In this document: in pieces, positions 9,789 through 20,803 of the stretch
Position numbering within the stretch: the first letter of the stretch is position 1
How the letters are laid out: the number at the start of each line of letters is the position of its first letter
Assembly (NCBI GenBank): GCA_037968535.1
Contig: JBBKVT010000187.1
Location: 1-57,684, forward strand
DNA from: Paracoccaceae bacterium
Lineage (GTDB): Bacteria; Pseudomonadota; Alphaproteobacteria; Rhodobacterales; Rhodobacteraceae
Reading direction: 5' to 3'
Length of the DNA stretch: 57,684 bases
Notes under the pieces: generated by a model
Told to the model about the DNA's origin: nothing
Seen by the model: only the letters and a program-made list of their open reading frames with translations
Database searches by the model: none
Made by a program: the position numbers and the translations under genes

Positions 9789-10511
9789 TCAGTGTTGCTT
9801 GCCCGGGACGTGATAATCCTCGAACCGCTCGCCATTGGCATGAGCTGCTTCCCGGCCGTGGCTGGCCCAAGTCAGGCCGCGCTTGATAAGCTCGAAGGCG
9901 GGGCCGTTGTCGATCACGTCGGCATGATGGCCGAGCGCGTTGTAATAGACCCGGCCAAGCCCCCAGCATTTGGTCCAGACCACCGGCATCTCGACCCGGC
10001 CGTTCGACGAATGATACCAGTGGAAATTCGGAAACTGGGTCGTCGCAAGAACTTGTGCGGCTGGATCGACGTGCAGGTAATACTGTTCCGAACGGACCGC
10101 GAAATCCTCGATTCCATCCGTGATCGGATGATCATGATCGGCAATCTCGACCCGGTAGTCGGTGTCGTCGTCGCCGGGATGGGCAACCCAGTTGCCTCCG
10201 GTCATAAACTGCCAGAGGACGTTTTCGCGGAATGCGTCGCACATGCCGCCGTGGCAGCCAGCAAGGCCGGTGCCGCGGGCGACCGCTTCGGAAACATTGA
10301 CCACGAGGTCGTTGTCGATGTTCGACATCGTCCAGACCGGCACGATCAGGTCGATGGAGGCAAGGTGACCGGCATCAGCGAAGCAGGCCAGGTTGTCGTG
10401 TATCTCGACCTGCATGCCGTCGGCTTCGAGGATGCGCTTGAAAAGCGTCGCGACCTTTTCGGGTTCGTGCCCCTCCCAGCCGCCCCATGTGATCAGTGCC
10501 TTGCGCGCCAT
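9789..10511 (-). CDS. ThuA-domain protein (trehalose-utilisation-like, class I glutamine amidotransferase-like fold)
   Basis: 240 aa, MARKALITWGGWEGHEP...VPVWTM...WVAHPGDD...VWTKCWGLGRVYYNALGH. Confidence 0.8.
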   Translation of the reverse strand: MARKALITWGGWEGHEPEKVATLFKRILEADGMQVEIHDNLACFADAGHLASIDLIVPVWTMSNIDNDLVVNVSEAVARGTGLAGCHGGMCDAFRENVLWQFMTGGNWVAHPGDDDTDYRVEIADHDHPITDGIEDFAVRSEQYYLHVDPAAQVLATTQFPNFHWYHSSNGRVEMPVVWTKCWGLGRVYYNALGHHADVIDNGPAFELIKRGLTWASHGREAAHANGERFEDYHVPGKQH

Positions 10512-10512
10512 G

Positions 10513-11850
10513 TCAGATCCCGCTGTAAATCTCGGCCACTCGCGCTACCGCAACATCGGGCGCCAGTTCTTCGCTCTCGCCGGTCCGGCGTGAGGTCAGT
10601 TCGACGACGCCGTTCTTCAGCCCGCGCGGTCCGACGGTGATGCGCCACGGCAGGCCGATCAGGTCCATCGTCGCAAACTTGGCGCCCGCCCGTTCTTCGC
10701 GGTCGTCATAAAGCGGGTCCAGCCCCTTGGCGGTCAGCGCCTTGTAAAGGTTCTCGCAGGCCGCGTCGGCCTCTGGGTCGCCTTGTTTGAGGTTGACGAT
10801 GCCGACGTGGAAGGGCGTGACACCTTCGGGCCAAATAATGCCCTTGTCGTCATGGCTGGCCTCGATGATCGCCCCCAGAAGGCGCGACACGCCGATGCCA
10901 TGGCTGCCCATGTGAACCGGCACTTTCTCGCCCTTGTCATTGCTCACCGTGGCGCCCATCGGCTCGGAATATTTGGTGCCGAAGTAGAAGATCTGGCCAA
11001 CCTCGATGCCGCGCGAGGATTTGCGCCGAGCCTCGGGGATTGCGTTGAATGTCGCCTCGTCATGCGTCTCATCTGTGCGCGCATAGGGCGTGGTCCATTC
11101 CTTGACGATGGCGGCGCATTCCTCGCGGTTGTCGTAGTCCACCTGCCGGTCGCCAAATTTCAGATCGGTGATCGCGCTGTCGTAGAAGACTTCGCTTTCG
11201 CCGGTATCGGCCAGGACCAGGAATTCATGCGTATCCTGGCCACCGATCGGTCCGGAATCGGCGCGCATCGGAATTGCCTGCAGCCCCATCCGTTCGTACG
11301 TCCGCAGATAGCTGACCATGTGGCGGTTATAGGCATGCATCGCGGCATCGTAATCGACGTCGAAATTGTAGCCGTCCTTCATCAGGAATTCACGGCCCCT
11401 CATCACGCCGAAGCGGGGGCGCACCTCATCGCGGAATTTCCACTGGATGTGGTAGAGCGTCAGCGGCAGATCCTTGTAGCTGCCGACGTGGGCGCGAAAG
11501 ATGTCGGTGATCAGTTCCTCATTGGTCGGACCGTAAAGAATGTCGCGCCCGTGCCGGTCCTTGATCCGCAGCATCTCTTCGCCGTAATCGTCGTAGCGCC
11601 CGCTTTCGCGCCAGAGATCGGCCGATTGCAAGGTCGGCATCAACAGCGGGATATGTCCGGCCCGTTGCTGTTCCTCGTGCACGATCCGTTCGATGTTGCG
11701 CAGCACCCTGTAGCCCAACGGCAGCCAGGAATAGATGCCGGCAGCGGCTTGCTTGATCATTCCGGCGCGCAGCATCAGGCGGTGGCTGACGATCTGGGCC
11801 TCGGCGGGGGTTTCCTTCAGGACAGGCATGAAGTAGCGGGAAAGACGCAT
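10513..11850 (-). CDS. proS: Proline--tRNA ligase (short alphaproteobacterial type)
   Basis: 445 aa, [34 protein letters not shown]..., class II motifs (FRDE.RPRFG.MRGREF), C-terminal anticodon-binding domain. Confidence 0.95.
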   Translation of the reverse strand: MRLSRYFMPVLKETPAEAQIVSHRLMLRAGMIKQAAAGIYSWLPLGYRVLRNIERIVHEEQQRAGHIPLLMPTLQSADLWRESGRYDDYGEEMLRIKDRHGRDILYGPTNEELITDIFRAHVGSYKDLPLTLYHIQWKFRDEVRPRFGVMRGREFLMKDGYNFDVDYDAAMHAYNRHMVSYLRTYERMGLQAIPMRADSGPIGGQDTHEFLVLADTGESEVFYDSAITDLKFGDRQVDYDNREECAAIVKEWTTPYARTDETHDEATFNAIPEARRKSSRGIEVGQIFYFGTKYSEPMGATVSNDKGEKVPVHMGSHGIGVSRLLGAIIEASHDDKGIIWPEGVTPFHVGIVNLKQGDPEADAACENLYKALTAKGLDPLYDDREERAGAKFATMDLIGLPWRITVGPRGLKNGVVELTSRRTGESEELAPDVAVARVAEIYSGI

Positions 11851-12005
11851 GTAGGGGCAAGCCTTTGGCGGTCAGAGGTTTCCGAATTCGTCTAAGCGAA
11901 AGACCGTGGCGAGGCAATGACGGTTGCGCGGGCAACCGCGAAGTGTTTGACCGCTGCCCCGGCAATGGCGATAGCTGAACCGAACACCAAACGGAAAGCA
12001 ACCCG

Positions 12006-12977
12006 ATGACCTCGCAAGATGAAATCCAAGCCGCCCATGCGCTGATCAGCCAACATATTCGCGCGACGCCAATGCTTCGGGTCGAAGCGGGGGCGCTTTG
12101 CGATGCGCCGGTTGCGCTGAAGCTCGAACAGTTACAGCACACCGGGTCGTTCAAAGTTCGCGGCGCGTTCAACTCGATCCTCTCGGGTCAGGTCGGACCA
12201 CAGGGCGTTGTGGCGATATCGGGTGGCAATCACGGTGCGGCAGTAGCCTATGCCGCCCGTGTTCTGGGAACCCATGCAACCGTCTTTGCGCCGGCCTTCG
12301 CCGGTCCCGTCAAGATCGGACGGATGCGTCAGTTCGGTGCAGAAGTGGTCGTGATGGATGCCCCGATCACCGAAGTCATCGCCGCCTTCAGCGCGCATGC
12401 GAACCGCACCGGCGCGCTGGCGGTGCATCCCTATGATGCGCCGGGCGTGCTTGCAGGTCAGGGAACGCTGGGGCTTGAGATCGAGCGGGATATGCCCGAT
12501 CTCGACACGCTCTGCGTTTCGGTGGGCGGTGGCGGGCTGATCGGCGGAATCGCCGCATGGTATGGACACCGTCTTAAGATCCTCGCGGTCGAGACCGAAG
12601 GCACGGCGGCCTATGCAGCATTTCTGCGCCACGGGCCGGACGCCTTTATCACGCCCGAAGGCATTTCGGCCAGCGCATTAGGGGCGGCCAGCATCGGAGT
12701 CTTGCCGCGCGCGGCGATGGCGGGCGCGAACGTGCGCTCAATCGTCGTAAGCGACGCCGATGTGATCGCGGCGGGACGCCAGTTGTGGGACAAAACCCGA
12801 ATGATCGGTGAACCGGGGGCAGCAACCGCGCTGGCGGCGCTGACTTCGGGCGCCTACCGGCCGCAACCGCAAGAGCGCGTCGGCGTCCTGATTTGCGGCG
12901 GCAATGCCGAACCGGGATGGTTCATGCCTGCGCCAAGTCCTGCGCCAAGTCCTGCGGCAGAACCAACACACCCTTGA
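12006..12977 (+). CDS. PLP-dependent threonine/serine dehydratase
   Basis: 323 aa, ...LKLEQLQHTGSFKVRGAFN (PLP lysine), GGNHG, SVGGGGLIGG. The C-terminal PAPSPAPSPAA tail arises from a 12-bp tandem duplication (12927-12957). Confidence 0.88.
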   Translation: MTSQDEIQAAHALISQHIRATPMLRVEAGALCDAPVALKLEQLQHTGSFKVRGAFNSILSGQVGPQGVVAISGGNHGAAVAYAARVLGTHATVFAPAFAGPVKIGRMRQFGAEVVVMDAPITEVIAAFSAHANRTGALAVHPYDAPGVLAGQGTLGLEIERDMPDLDTLCVSVGGGGLIGGIAAWYGHRLKILAVETEGTAAYAAFLRHGPDAFITPEGISASALGAASIGVLPRAAMAGANVRSIVVSDADVIAAGRQLWDKTRMIGEPGAATALAALTSGAYRPQPQERVGVLICGGNAEPGWFMPAPSPAPSPAAEPTHP

Positions 12978-13024
12978 TAAGCGGCCCATTGCAGGCGACA
13001 TAGGGCACAACAAAAGGAGGCGAG

Positions 13025-14092
13025 ATGGCCCTTCCGGTCCGGGATCAGCTGAAATACTGGGGCTTTGCCGCTGTCGTCTTCTTGGTCATCCTGTGGGTGC
13101 TGGGCGATGTGATGCTGCCCTTCGTGCTGGGGGCTGCAATCGCCTATTTCCTTGATCCGGTCGCTGATTGGTTGCAGCGGCACGGGTTCGGACGCGTGAT
13201 GGCGACTATCACGATCACCTTGTTCGCCCTCGTCCTGTTCGTTCTGGCTTCACTTCTCGTCATCCCTACACTGCTTCAGCAATTGTCCGGGCTGTTCGAA
13301 ACCGTGCCGAAACTGGTCCACCAGTTCAGCGCCTTTCTTACTGGACGGTTTCCCGAGCTTCTGGACAATGAAAGCAGGATTTCGCAGTCACTTCTGTCAG
13401 TCGGACAGACGCTTCAATCGAAGGGCGGCGAGTTGATCAACACTGTGCTTGCGTCGGCGGCCACGTTGGTCAACGCCGTGGTGCTTCTGGTGCTGGTGCC
13501 GGTGGTGACGTTCTACCTGCTGATTGACTGGGACCGCATGGTCGCACGGATCAACGACATGCTGCCGCGCGACCATGCGCCGACGATACGGTCGCTGGCG
13601 CGCGACATCGATCGCACTCTGTCCTCGTTCATCAGGGGTCAGGGAACGGTCTGCCTCATCCTGGGCACGTTTTACGCGGTAGGCCTGATGCTCGTCGGAT
13701 TGCAATTCGGGCTGGTGATCGGGGCCTTTGCGGGGCTTCTGACTTTCATTCCCTATGTCGGCGCGCTTGTCGGCGGCGCTCTGGCGATCGGGCTTGCGCT
13801 GTTCCAGTTCTGGGGCGAGTGGATCTGGATTGCCGCTGTCGCGGGGATCTTTTTTCTGGGCCAGTTCATCGAAGGCAACATCCTGACCCCGAAGCTGGTC
13901 GGCAGTTCGATCGGACTTCATCCGGTCTGGCTGATCTTCGCCCTTTCGGCCTTTGGAACGCTTTTCGGGTTCGTCGGGATGCTGGTTGCAGTGCCGGTAG
14001 CCGCGGCGCTTGGTGTGATCACCCGGTTTGCGGTCGATCAATACAAGGACAGCCTGCTTTACAAGGGTGTCTCGGGGCCCGACGAGTCCTGA
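13025..14092 (+). CDS. AI-2E family transporter (PerM-like permease)
   Basis: 355 aa, multi-TM, ...FIPYVGALVGG...GQFIEGNILTPKLVG... Confidence 0.88.
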   Translation: MALPVRDQLKYWGFAAVVFLVILWVLGDVMLPFVLGAAIAYFLDPVADWLQRHGFGRVMATITITLFALVLFVLASLLVIPTLLQQLSGLFETVPKLVHQFSAFLTGRFPELLDNESRISQSLLSVGQTLQSKGGELINTVLASAATLVNAVVLLVLVPVVTFYLLIDWDRMVARINDMLPRDHAPTIRSLARDIDRTLSSFIRGQGTVCLILGTFYAVGLMLVGLQFGLVIGAFAGLLTFIPYVGALVGGALAIGLALFQFWGEWIWIAAVAGIFFLGQFIEGNILTPKLVGSSIGLHPVWLIFALSAFGTLFGFVGMLVAVPVAAALGVITRFAVDQYKDSLLYKGVSGPDES

Positions 14093-14093
14093 C

Positions 14094-14783
14094 ATGTCGC
14101 GCCAGCTTACCTTCGATCTGCCAGTCAAACCGGCGCTGGGGCGCGAGGATTTCTTCGTTTCCACGGCCAATGCGCTCGCGGTTACTACAATTGAGCACTG
14201 GCAAGGCTGGCCGCAGCGCAAGCTTGCCCTGATCGGTCCGCACGGGTCCGGCAAGACCCATCTGGTGCAGGTGTGGGCCGCAATGGCGGATGCGCAAGTG
14301 GTATCATCCGCCGAATTGGCGACGGCCGATATCGCACCACTTGCCGGGGGCGGGGCGCGTCTGGCCATAGAAGACGTGGACCGGATCGCGGGTGACGCCG
14401 CGGCCGAACAGGCGCTGTTTCACCTGCACAATCTGGTGCTGGCAGAGGGTGGGTACCTGTTGCTGAGCGCGACCAGTCCGCCGCTGCAATGGCCGCTGAC
14501 GCTGCCTGATCTGGCCAGTCGCATGCAAGCCACCGGCGTTGTCTTGCTTACCGAACCGGACGACGATCTGCTGCGGGCGGTGCTGCTCAAGCTTTTTGAC
14601 GACCGGCAACTGAGCGTCAGCCCCGGTGTCGTCGACTATCTTGCCACTCGAATGGAACGGGGTTTGAATGAAGCGGCCCGCCTTGTTGCGGCGCTGGACG
14701 ATGCAGCATTGCGCGAAGGCCGTGCGATCACCCGCAAGCTGGCGGCATCGGTGCTCGACAAGGCCGCGCGGGGCACGGCATGA
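14094..14783 (+). CDS. hda: DnaA regulatory inactivator (Hda/HdaA family)
   Basis: ATG 14094 lies 1 nt after the preceding TGA. Sequence MSRQLTFDLPVKPALGREDFFVS..., Walker A GPHGSGKTHL. The position upstream of ppk is typical for Rhodobacterales. Confidence 0.85.
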   Translation: MSRQLTFDLPVKPALGREDFFVSTANALAVTTIEHWQGWPQRKLALIGPHGSGKTHLVQVWAAMADAQVVSSAELATADIAPLAGGGARLAIEDVDRIAGDAAAEQALFHLHNLVLAEGGYLLLSATSPPLQWPLTLPDLASRMQATGVVLLTEPDDDLLRAVLLKLFDDRQLSVSPGVVDYLATRMERGLNEAARLVAALDDAALREGRAITRKLAASVLDKAARGTA

Positions 14784-14825
14784 TGCCGTCACCCTGCTGT
14801 CACAGTCCGACGGGATAAGAGGTTC

Positions 14826-17000
14826 ATGACGAAGGCTGATTTTCTGAAAGCCGACTGGGCCAAGCCCGTCGACTTGCCCGAGGCAGAACGCTTCGGACCC
14901 GGCCGGTTCTTCAACCGCGAACTAAGTTGGCTCGCCTTCAACTGGCGGGTACTCGAAGAGGCAGAGAACCCGCGTGTGCCGCTTCTGGAAAGGCTGCGGT
15001 TCCTGTCGATCTCGGCCACTAACCTTGATGAATTCTACACCGTCCGCGTGGCTGGGCTACGCGAACTGTCGCATGCTGGAAACACCACGCCCGCCGCCGA
15101 CGGCCGCAGCCCCGCCGAGCAACTGGTGCTGATCAACAAGCAAGCGCGCAGCCTGATGGTCGCGCAGCAAGCGGCGTGGAACAAGCTGCGACGTGAAATG
15201 GACGCCGAAGGGATCGTCATCTGCAATCGACACAAGTTGTCGAAGGCCGACTCCCGGCATCTGGAAAACGTGTTCCTCACCCAGGTCTTTCCGGTCCTGT
15301 CCCCGCTCGCCATCGACCCCGCCCATCCGTTTCCGTTCATTCCGAACGCCGGATTCGCTTTAGCGCTGCAACTGGAACGCAAATCCGACAAGCGCCCGCT
15401 GCAGGCGCTGTTGCCGATCCCGCAGCAGATTGCCCGCTTCGTTCGCCTTCCCGCCCGATCTGGCCGACATCGCTTCCTGCCACTGGAAGACGTGTTGCTG
15501 TTGCACCTCGACGCATTGTTCCCCGGCTACCAGGCGATTGGCGATTGCGCCTTTAGGGTGCTGCGCGACAGTGATCTCGAAGTCGAGGACGAGGCTGAGG
15601 ATCTGGTCCGTGAATTCGAGGTCGCGTTGAAGCGTCGGCGCCGCGGCGAGGTGGTGCGGATGAAACTTTCCGCCCATGCCCCGCGCGAACTGCGCAAGGT
15701 GATCATGGACGAGCTGCATGTCCAGGAAGATGAAGTCGTCGAGATCAAGGGCATGATCGGCATGGCCGACCTCAAGGAACTTGTTCTGGACGACCGGCCC
15801 GACCTGCTGTGGCCAAGCTTCACGCCCCGTGTCCCTGAACGGGTGCAGGACCACGACGGCGACATGTTCGCCGCGATCCGGCAAAAGGACATGCTGCTGC
15901 ACCATCCCTACGAGACATTCGACATGGTCGTGCGGTTCGTCCAGCAGGCCGCCAATGATCCCGATGTGCTGGCGATCAAACAGACGCTTTACCGCACCTC
16001 GCGTGACAGTCCGGTGGTCGGCGCGCTTTGCGAAGCAGCCGAGAACGGCAAGTCGGTAACGGCGCTTGTTGAACTCAAGGCCCGGTTCGACGAGGCGGCC
16101 AACATCCGGCAATCGCGGCGGCTGGAACGCGCCGGGGCGCATGTTGTCTACGGATTCATCAACTACAAAACCCATGCCAAGATCAGCACAGTCGTGCGGC
16201 GCGAAAACGGTCAACTGGTCACCTATACCCATTACGGCACTGGCAACTATCATCCGATCACCGCGCGGATCTATACTGATCTGTCGCTGTTTACCTGCGA
16301 CCCGGCATTGGGGCGCGACGCCACCAAGGTGTTTAACTACCTGTCGGGCTATGCCCAACCCGACGGTCTGGAAAACCTTGCGATTTCGCCCCTGAACCTC
16401 AAATCGAAGTTGATCGAGATGATCGGGCGCGAAGCGGAACATTCTGATGCGGGAAAGCCCGCCGAAATCTGGGCCAAGATGAACTCGATTGTCGATGCCG
16501 AAGTGATCGACGCGCTATATGCTGCCAGCCAGCGCGGGGTGCGGATCAGCCTCGTGGTGCGCGGCATCTGCGGCTTGCGCCCCGGCATCAAGGGACTGTC
16601 CGAGAATATCCGGGTGAAATCCATCGTCGGACGGTTCTTGGAGCATTCGCGGATCGTCTGTTTCGGCAACGGCCACGGACTACCCGCCAAGAAGGCGAAG
16701 GTCTTCATATCCTCGGCGGACTGGATGGGTCGCAACCTGGTGCGACGGGTCGAAACGCTGGTCGAGATCAAGAATGCGACGGTCAAGGCGCAGATCGTCA
16801 GCCAGATCATGGCGGCCAACATGGCGGATGAAGCGCAAAGCTGGGTTCTGCGCCCCGACGGTCGGTTCGAGCGGCCGGTGCCATCCGATCCCGACCATCC
16901 GTTCAACTGCCACCGCTTCTTCATGGAAAACCCGTCGCTATCCGGACGAGGAAGCGCCGGGGCCGCTGACGTTCCGGAACTGACGCATTCGAAAGATTGA
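14826..17000 (+). CDS. ppk: Polyphosphate kinase 1
   Basis: 724 aa, ...[19 protein letters not shown]...LRFLSI...NLDEFY..., two PLD-like C-terminal domains (HAKI..V). Confidence 0.95.
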   Translation: MTKADFLKADWAKPVDLPEAERFGPGRFFNRELSWLAFNWRVLEEAENPRVPLLERLRFLSISATNLDEFYTVRVAGLRELSHAGNTTPAADGRSPAEQLVLINKQARSLMVAQQAAWNKLRREMDAEGIVICNRHKLSKADSRHLENVFLTQVFPVLSPLAIDPAHPFPFIPNAGFALALQLERKSDKRPLQALLPIPQQIARFVRLPARSGRHRFLPLEDVLLLHLDALFPGYQAIGDCAFRVLRDSDLEVEDEAEDLVREFEVALKRRRRGEVVRMKLSAHAPRELRKVIMDELHVQEDEVVEIKGMIGMADLKELVLDDRPDLLWPSFTPRVPERVQDHDGDMFAAIRQKDMLLHHPYETFDMVVRFVQQAANDPDVLAIKQTLYRTSRDSPVVGALCEAAENGKSVTALVELKARFDEAANIRQSRRLERAGAHVVYGFINYKTHAKISTVVRRENGQLVTYTHYGTGNYHPITARIYTDLSLFTCDPALGRDATKVFNYLSGYAQPDGLENLAISPLNLKSKLIEMIGREAEHSDAGKPAEIWAKMNSIVDAEVIDALYAASQRGVRISLVVRGICGLRPGIKGLSENIRVKSIVGRFLEHSRIVCFGNGHGLPAKKAKVFISSADWMGRNLVRRVETLVEIKNATVKAQIVSQIMAANMADEAQSWVLRPDGRFERPVPSDPDHPFNCHRFFMENPSLSGRGSAGAADVPELTHSKD

Positions 17001-17050
17001 CGGGGGCGGTCCCGCTTGGCAGGGTTGCGGCGCGAGCGAAGGATGATGCG

Positions 17051-18598
17051 ATGGATGGCAGCAGCGACACTCAGGGCGAAGACTGGGGCCCGTTCGGCAG
17101 GCCGCTGTTCGACGATCCATCCGCGCGGGCGTTGTCTCGCGTCGGCGTCGTGGATGTCGGTTCCAACTCTGTCCGGTTGGTGGTGTTCGATGGCGCCGCC
17201 CGCAGCCCGGCCTACTTCTACAACGAGAAAATCATGTGCGCCTTGGGGGCGGGGCTTGGCATCACCGGACATCTTAACCCCGAGGGCAAGTTGCGGGCAT
17301 TGGCGGCACTCAAACGCTTTCAATTGCTGGCAGAAGGGATGAACCTGCCACCACTGACGGCGGTCGCCACTGCCGCCGTGCGCGACGCGACCGACGGGTC
17401 GGAGTTTCAGAAACAGGTGCTGGCGGAAACCGGGCTGAAACTGTGGGTGATCGACGGCGAGGAAGAGGCCCGGCTGTCGGCGCAAGGTGTGCTGCTGGGT
17501 TGGCCCGAGGCCGAAGGGCTGGTCTGCGACATCGGCGGATCGTCGATGGAACTGGCCGAGGTCAAGGGGGGCCGCGTCGGTCGCCGGGTAACCTCGCCAC
17601 TGGGACCGCTGAAACTTCTGGCGATCAAGGGTGGCAAGAAAGCGCTGCGCACCCATATCGCCGCGATCATTGCCGATCTGGTCGACACGATCGGTCGCGA
17701 CAACAAGCGACTTTACCTGGTGGGCGGAAGTTGGCGAGCAATCGCGCGGCTGGACATGGAACGGCGCGGCTACCCGCTGCATGTGCTGCATGAATACCGG
17801 ATGACGCCGAAGTCGGTTCTGGCCACGGTGAAATGGATCAACGCGAACGACATCAACGCGTTGCGGGCCCGCACCGGCACGTCGGAAGCTCGCATGTCGC
17901 TGGTGCCGATCGCGGCGGAGGTTCTGCGCCAGCTTGTCAGGGCGTTCGGTCCGAAAGAGATCGACGTTTCAAGCTACGGGATTCGGGAAGGCATGCTTTA
18001 TGAACAGATGCCCGAACGCCTGCGCCGCCGCGATCCGCTGATCGAGGCCTGTCGCTTTGCGGAAGCCAAGGACGCCAGGATGCCGGGGGCTGGCAGGGCG
18101 CTGAATACGTTCATCGCGCCGCTGTTTACCTCGGCGAGCCCCGCGCGCAAGCGCATGGTCCGCGCAGCGTGCCTTTTGCATGACGTGACCTGGCGCGCGC
18201 ATCCCGATTACCGCGCCGAGGTCTGTTTTGACAATGCGACCCGCGCCAACCTCGGCGGGTTGACCCATACCGAACGGATCTGGCTGGGGCTGGCGCTGCT
18301 GCACCGCTACAAGAACAGCCGCGATGGATCCCGGTTTGCGGGACTCTTCGAACTTCTGGACGCGCGCGAAATCCAGTCTGCCGAGGTGACGGGAAAAGCA
18401 ATGCGGTTCGGTGCGATGTTCTCGGTCGAGTCGCCGCAGTCGCTGGCGCGACTCAAGTGGCAATCCAAGAAGAAGGTTCTGACCCTGTCACTGACGCCGC
18501 GCGGCGCCGACTTGTTCGGAGAGGTGGCCGAGGCCCGGTTCAGCGGCCTTGCCAGTGCGCTTGGCGCTGAGGCCGTGATCAACCGGTTGCGCCGCTGA
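17051..18598 (+). CDS. ppx: Exopolyphosphatase (Ppx/GppA family)
   Basis: ...VGVVDVGSNSVRLVVFDG..., DIGGSSMEL, LVGGSWRA. ATG is at 17051. The listed ORF start 16997 is a TTG overlapping the ppk stop and is also possible. Confidence 0.9.
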   Translation: MDGSSDTQGEDWGPFGRPLFDDPSARALSRVGVVDVGSNSVRLVVFDGAARSPAYFYNEKIMCALGAGLGITGHLNPEGKLRALAALKRFQLLAEGMNLPPLTAVATAAVRDATDGSEFQKQVLAETGLKLWVIDGEEEARLSAQGVLLGWPEAEGLVCDIGGSSMELAEVKGGRVGRRVTSPLGPLKLLAIKGGKKALRTHIAAIIADLVDTIGRDNKRLYLVGGSWRAIARLDMERRGYPLHVLHEYRMTPKSVLATVKWINANDINALRARTGTSEARMSLVPIAAEVLRQLVRAFGPKEIDVSSYGIREGMLYEQMPERLRRRDPLIEACRFAEAKDARMPGAGRALNTFIAPLFTSASPARKRMVRAACLLHDVTWRAHPDYRAEVCFDNATRANLGGLTHTERIWLGLALLHRYKNSRDGSRFAGLFELLDAREIQSAEVTGKAMRFGAMFSVESPQSLARLKWQSKKKVLTLSLTPRGADLFGEVAEARFSGLASALGAEAVINRLRR

Positions 18599-18667
18599 CG
18601 GATTGAGACGCCTGGCGGCGTCTAGAGATCGCAGGCACCGCCCCGGACCTTGTCCGGCGCGCTGCGA

Positions 18668-18709
18668 TGCCTCCGGCGGGGATATTTTCAAGACGATGAA
18701 GCGGCCACG
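18668..18709 (+). repeat. Interspersed repeat, copy C (exact 20-nt core at 18668-18687)
   Basis: TGCCTCCGGCGGGGATATTTTCAAGACGATGAAGCGGCCACG. It sits between convergent ppx and the 102-aa gene and ends at that gene's stop codon (18710-18712). Confidence 0.9.
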
Positions 18710-19018
18710 TCAGAGCTCGACCTCGCCATCTTCCTCCAGATGCTCGGGCACCAGCGGCACCTTGCGACGAATGATGATGTCGCCGTTTGGCAGCACTTCC
18801 GGTGGCAGATAGGCGTTCAGATCATCAATCTTGTCTTCCAGCCCTTCCAGTGCGGGGCCGATTTCCTGCATCAAGCCCCGAAGCAGCAGACGGGTGCCTT
18901 CCTGCAGCATGTTCATGCCTTCGCTGATCTCGCCGGATTCGGGCGCGGTGGTGTCCTGCGCAATGGCAGGTAGGCCGTTGACGGTGAGGACGAGCAGGGC
19001 TGCGGCGATTTGTTTCAT
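18710..19018 (-). CDS. Small secreted hypothetical protein
   Basis: 102 aa with a cleavable signal peptide MKQIAAALLVLTVNGLPAIAQD and an acidic C-terminus. High GC3 is consistent with a real gene. Confidence 0.7.
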   Translation of the reverse strand: MKQIAAALLVLTVNGLPAIAQDTTAPESGEISEGMNMLQEGTRLLLRGLMQEIGPALEGLEDKIDDLNAYLPPEVLPNGDIIIRRKVPLVPEHLEEDGEVEL

Positions 19019-19057
19019 AAGCCGACGATAAGCGATTCCAGCCCGATTTTGAAGGGA

Positions 19058-20083
19058 TCACACCGTCAGATCGATTGAAACCGGAAAATGATCGCTGGCG
19101 GCCAGCAACGCTTCGCGCAGTTCGGGGGTCGCGTAGCACACCGGATCGTCGAACGGATGCCATATCCGCCACTCGGGGCGTTTCGACATCAGCGATTCCG
19201 ACACCATCACGTAATCCAGAAGCGCCTGCAGATAGCGCTTCTGATCGGCGATGTAAAACCTGGCCGTGACGGGCATTGCCCCGACCCTGCGGGTCAGCGC
19301 CATCCTGGCATGCGGATCATAGAGACAGGGGCAGCCCTCTTCGCCCATCACAATCTCGATCCCTGACCGGCCAAACAGCTTTTCGTATTCGTCAAGGCCC
19401 GGACCGTCGTTGAAATCCCCAAGCACCACCAGATTGTCGCCAGCCTCCAGATCTTCCTCGACGCGGGCGCGCAGCCAGATGCACTGCGCCAGTTGCTTGC
19501 GGCGATTCTGGATTGCGATCCGCATCTGCTCGGCCGGACCGCGCGCGCCGTGCGGCGCCTTGGACTTGATGTGAACGCCGATAAGCCGCAGCGCGGTTCC
19601 CGACCGGGTGGATACCGCAACTTCGAGCGGCGGCTTGGAAAATGTCACGATCTCGGAACTGGCGTCGGCGTCCAGATCCCATCGGAACCGGCCATCAAAG
19701 CGGGGTGCCTGTGCGTCTGAACCATCGGACGGCACACTGCCGCGGGGATCATGCCGGGCGCTGAGGACATCGGGATCGAAGAGCAGAGCGATTTCCTGCT
19801 GGGTCTCGTTGTAGAAGCCCGCAACCGCCTTGCGCGCGCGCAGTCCGAAGAACTTCGCGAAGGCTTCCAGCGCGCGGGTCGCCGACCAGCGGCCGTTCTG
19901 ATCCGGCGCCTCGATCACCATCACTGCATCGGCATCGAGCGCCGCAAAGACGATGCCGAGGGCGGTCAACTGTTGTTCGCGCGTCACATCCTGGCGACCC
20001 GACCAGTTCGCGTCGGCCAGCAGCGCCCCGTCATCAGAGAAGAGAGAGTTGAACCATTCGACGTTATAAGTCGCGATCCGCAT
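19058..20083 (-). CDS. Endonuclease/exonuclease/phosphatase (EEP) family protein
   Basis: ATG 20083 (MRIATYNVEWF...) shares one nucleotide with the TGA of the upstream gene (TGATG). Motifs VLGDFND and SDHFPVSIDL. The longer listed ORF N-terminus is unsupported. Confidence 0.85.
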   Translation of the reverse strand: MRIATYNVEWFNSLFSDDGALLADANWSGRQDVTREQQLTALGIVFAALDADAVMVIEAPDQNGRWSATRALEAFAKFFGLRARKAVAGFYNETQQEIALLFDPDVLSARHDPRGSVPSDGSDAQAPRFDGRFRWDLDADASSEIVTFSKPPLEVAVSTRSGTALRLIGVHIKSKAPHGARGPAEQMRIAIQNRRKQLAQCIWLRARVEEDLEAGDNLVVLGDFNDGPGLDEYEKLFGRSGIEIVMGEEGCPCLYDPHARMALTRRVGAMPVTARFYIADQKRYLQALLDYVMVSESLMSKRPEWRIWHPFDDPVCYATPELREALLAASDHFPVSIDLTV

Positions 20084-20763
20084 CAGTCTGGTGACCCGCC
20101 TATCTGCTGCCAGGCCCGGTTGATCGCGATCAGTCGGCTTTCGGCCAGCTTCACGGCCTCTTCGGGCAGACCGCGGGCGATCATCTTGTCTGGATGCGTG
20201 TCCTGGACCAGCTTGCGCCAAGCCTTACGCGCTTCGGCGATGCTGGCATCCGCGGGCAGGTTGAGGACGCTGTAGGGATCCGGCTCGGCATCGGGAACGA
20301 AGCGACTGCGCAGTGCGCGGAACTCCCGCTCGGGCAGACCAAAGATCTGCGCGACGCGTTCCAGGAATGCGTCCTCGTTCGGGTGATAGTCGCCATCGGC
20401 GACAGCGATGTGGAACAGGCCTTCCATCAGATCGCACAGAACGCCGTCCACGCCATCGAACATCAGCTTGATCCGGCTGGCATACTCCTCGAACCCTGCA
20501 ATATCCTGCCGGGCCAGATTGAACACCCGTGCGGCATTCTTTTCCTCGGCAGGCGGGATCGTGAAGACCTCTCGGAAAGCGGACACCTCGTCGCGGGTGA
20601 CCAGGCCGTCCGCCTTTGCCATCTTGGCCCCGAGCGCGATCACCGCAATGGCGAACGCCACCGAGCGCTGCGGCGGGCTGCGCAGGGAATCGAAGACCGC
20701 CGAAAGCGGCTCTCCTGATCTCAGGGCGGACAGGGCATCCGATATGCGGGACCAGAGTGACAT
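20083..20763 (-). CDS. TerB-domain / J-domain co-chaperone (DjlA-like)
   Basis: 226 aa. A TerB-like tellurite-resistance fold (AKADGLVTRDEV..., IAVADGDYHPNEDAFL) precedes a C-terminal J-domain (DPYSVLNLP...HPDK). Confidence 0.85.
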   Translation of the reverse strand: MSLWSRISDALSALRSGEPLSAVFDSLRSPPQRSVAFAIAVIALGAKMAKADGLVTRDEVSAFREVFTIPPAEEKNAARVFNLARQDIAGFEEYASRIKLMFDGVDGVLCDLMEGLFHIAVADGDYHPNEDAFLERVAQIFGLPEREFRALRSRFVPDAEPDPYSVLNLPADASIAEARKAWRKLVQDTHPDKMIARGLPEEAVKLAESRLIAINRAWQQIGGSPD

Positions 20764-20803
20764 GCGCCCTATTACCGCGTTGGACGCGAAGTGTCAGGCG
20801 GCA

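Noticed and set aside
12927-12957. In-frame tandem duplications: 12 bp x 2.6 in the dehydratase tail (PAPSPAPSPAA), 15 bp x 2 at 28860-28889 (ADRKAADRKA), and an 18-bp imperfect repeat in the PRC-barrel linker (about 51677-51712).
   Set aside because: These are short slippage-type duplications in low-complexity or terminal regions. They preserve the frame and are unlikely to be functionally meaningful.
16997-17050. A TTG start for ppx overlapping the ppk stop, adding 18 N-terminal residues.
   Set aside because: This cannot be excluded. The ATG at 17051 gives an N-terminus closer to the conserved VDVGSNS start of Ppx/GppA proteins, so it is kept only as an alternative.
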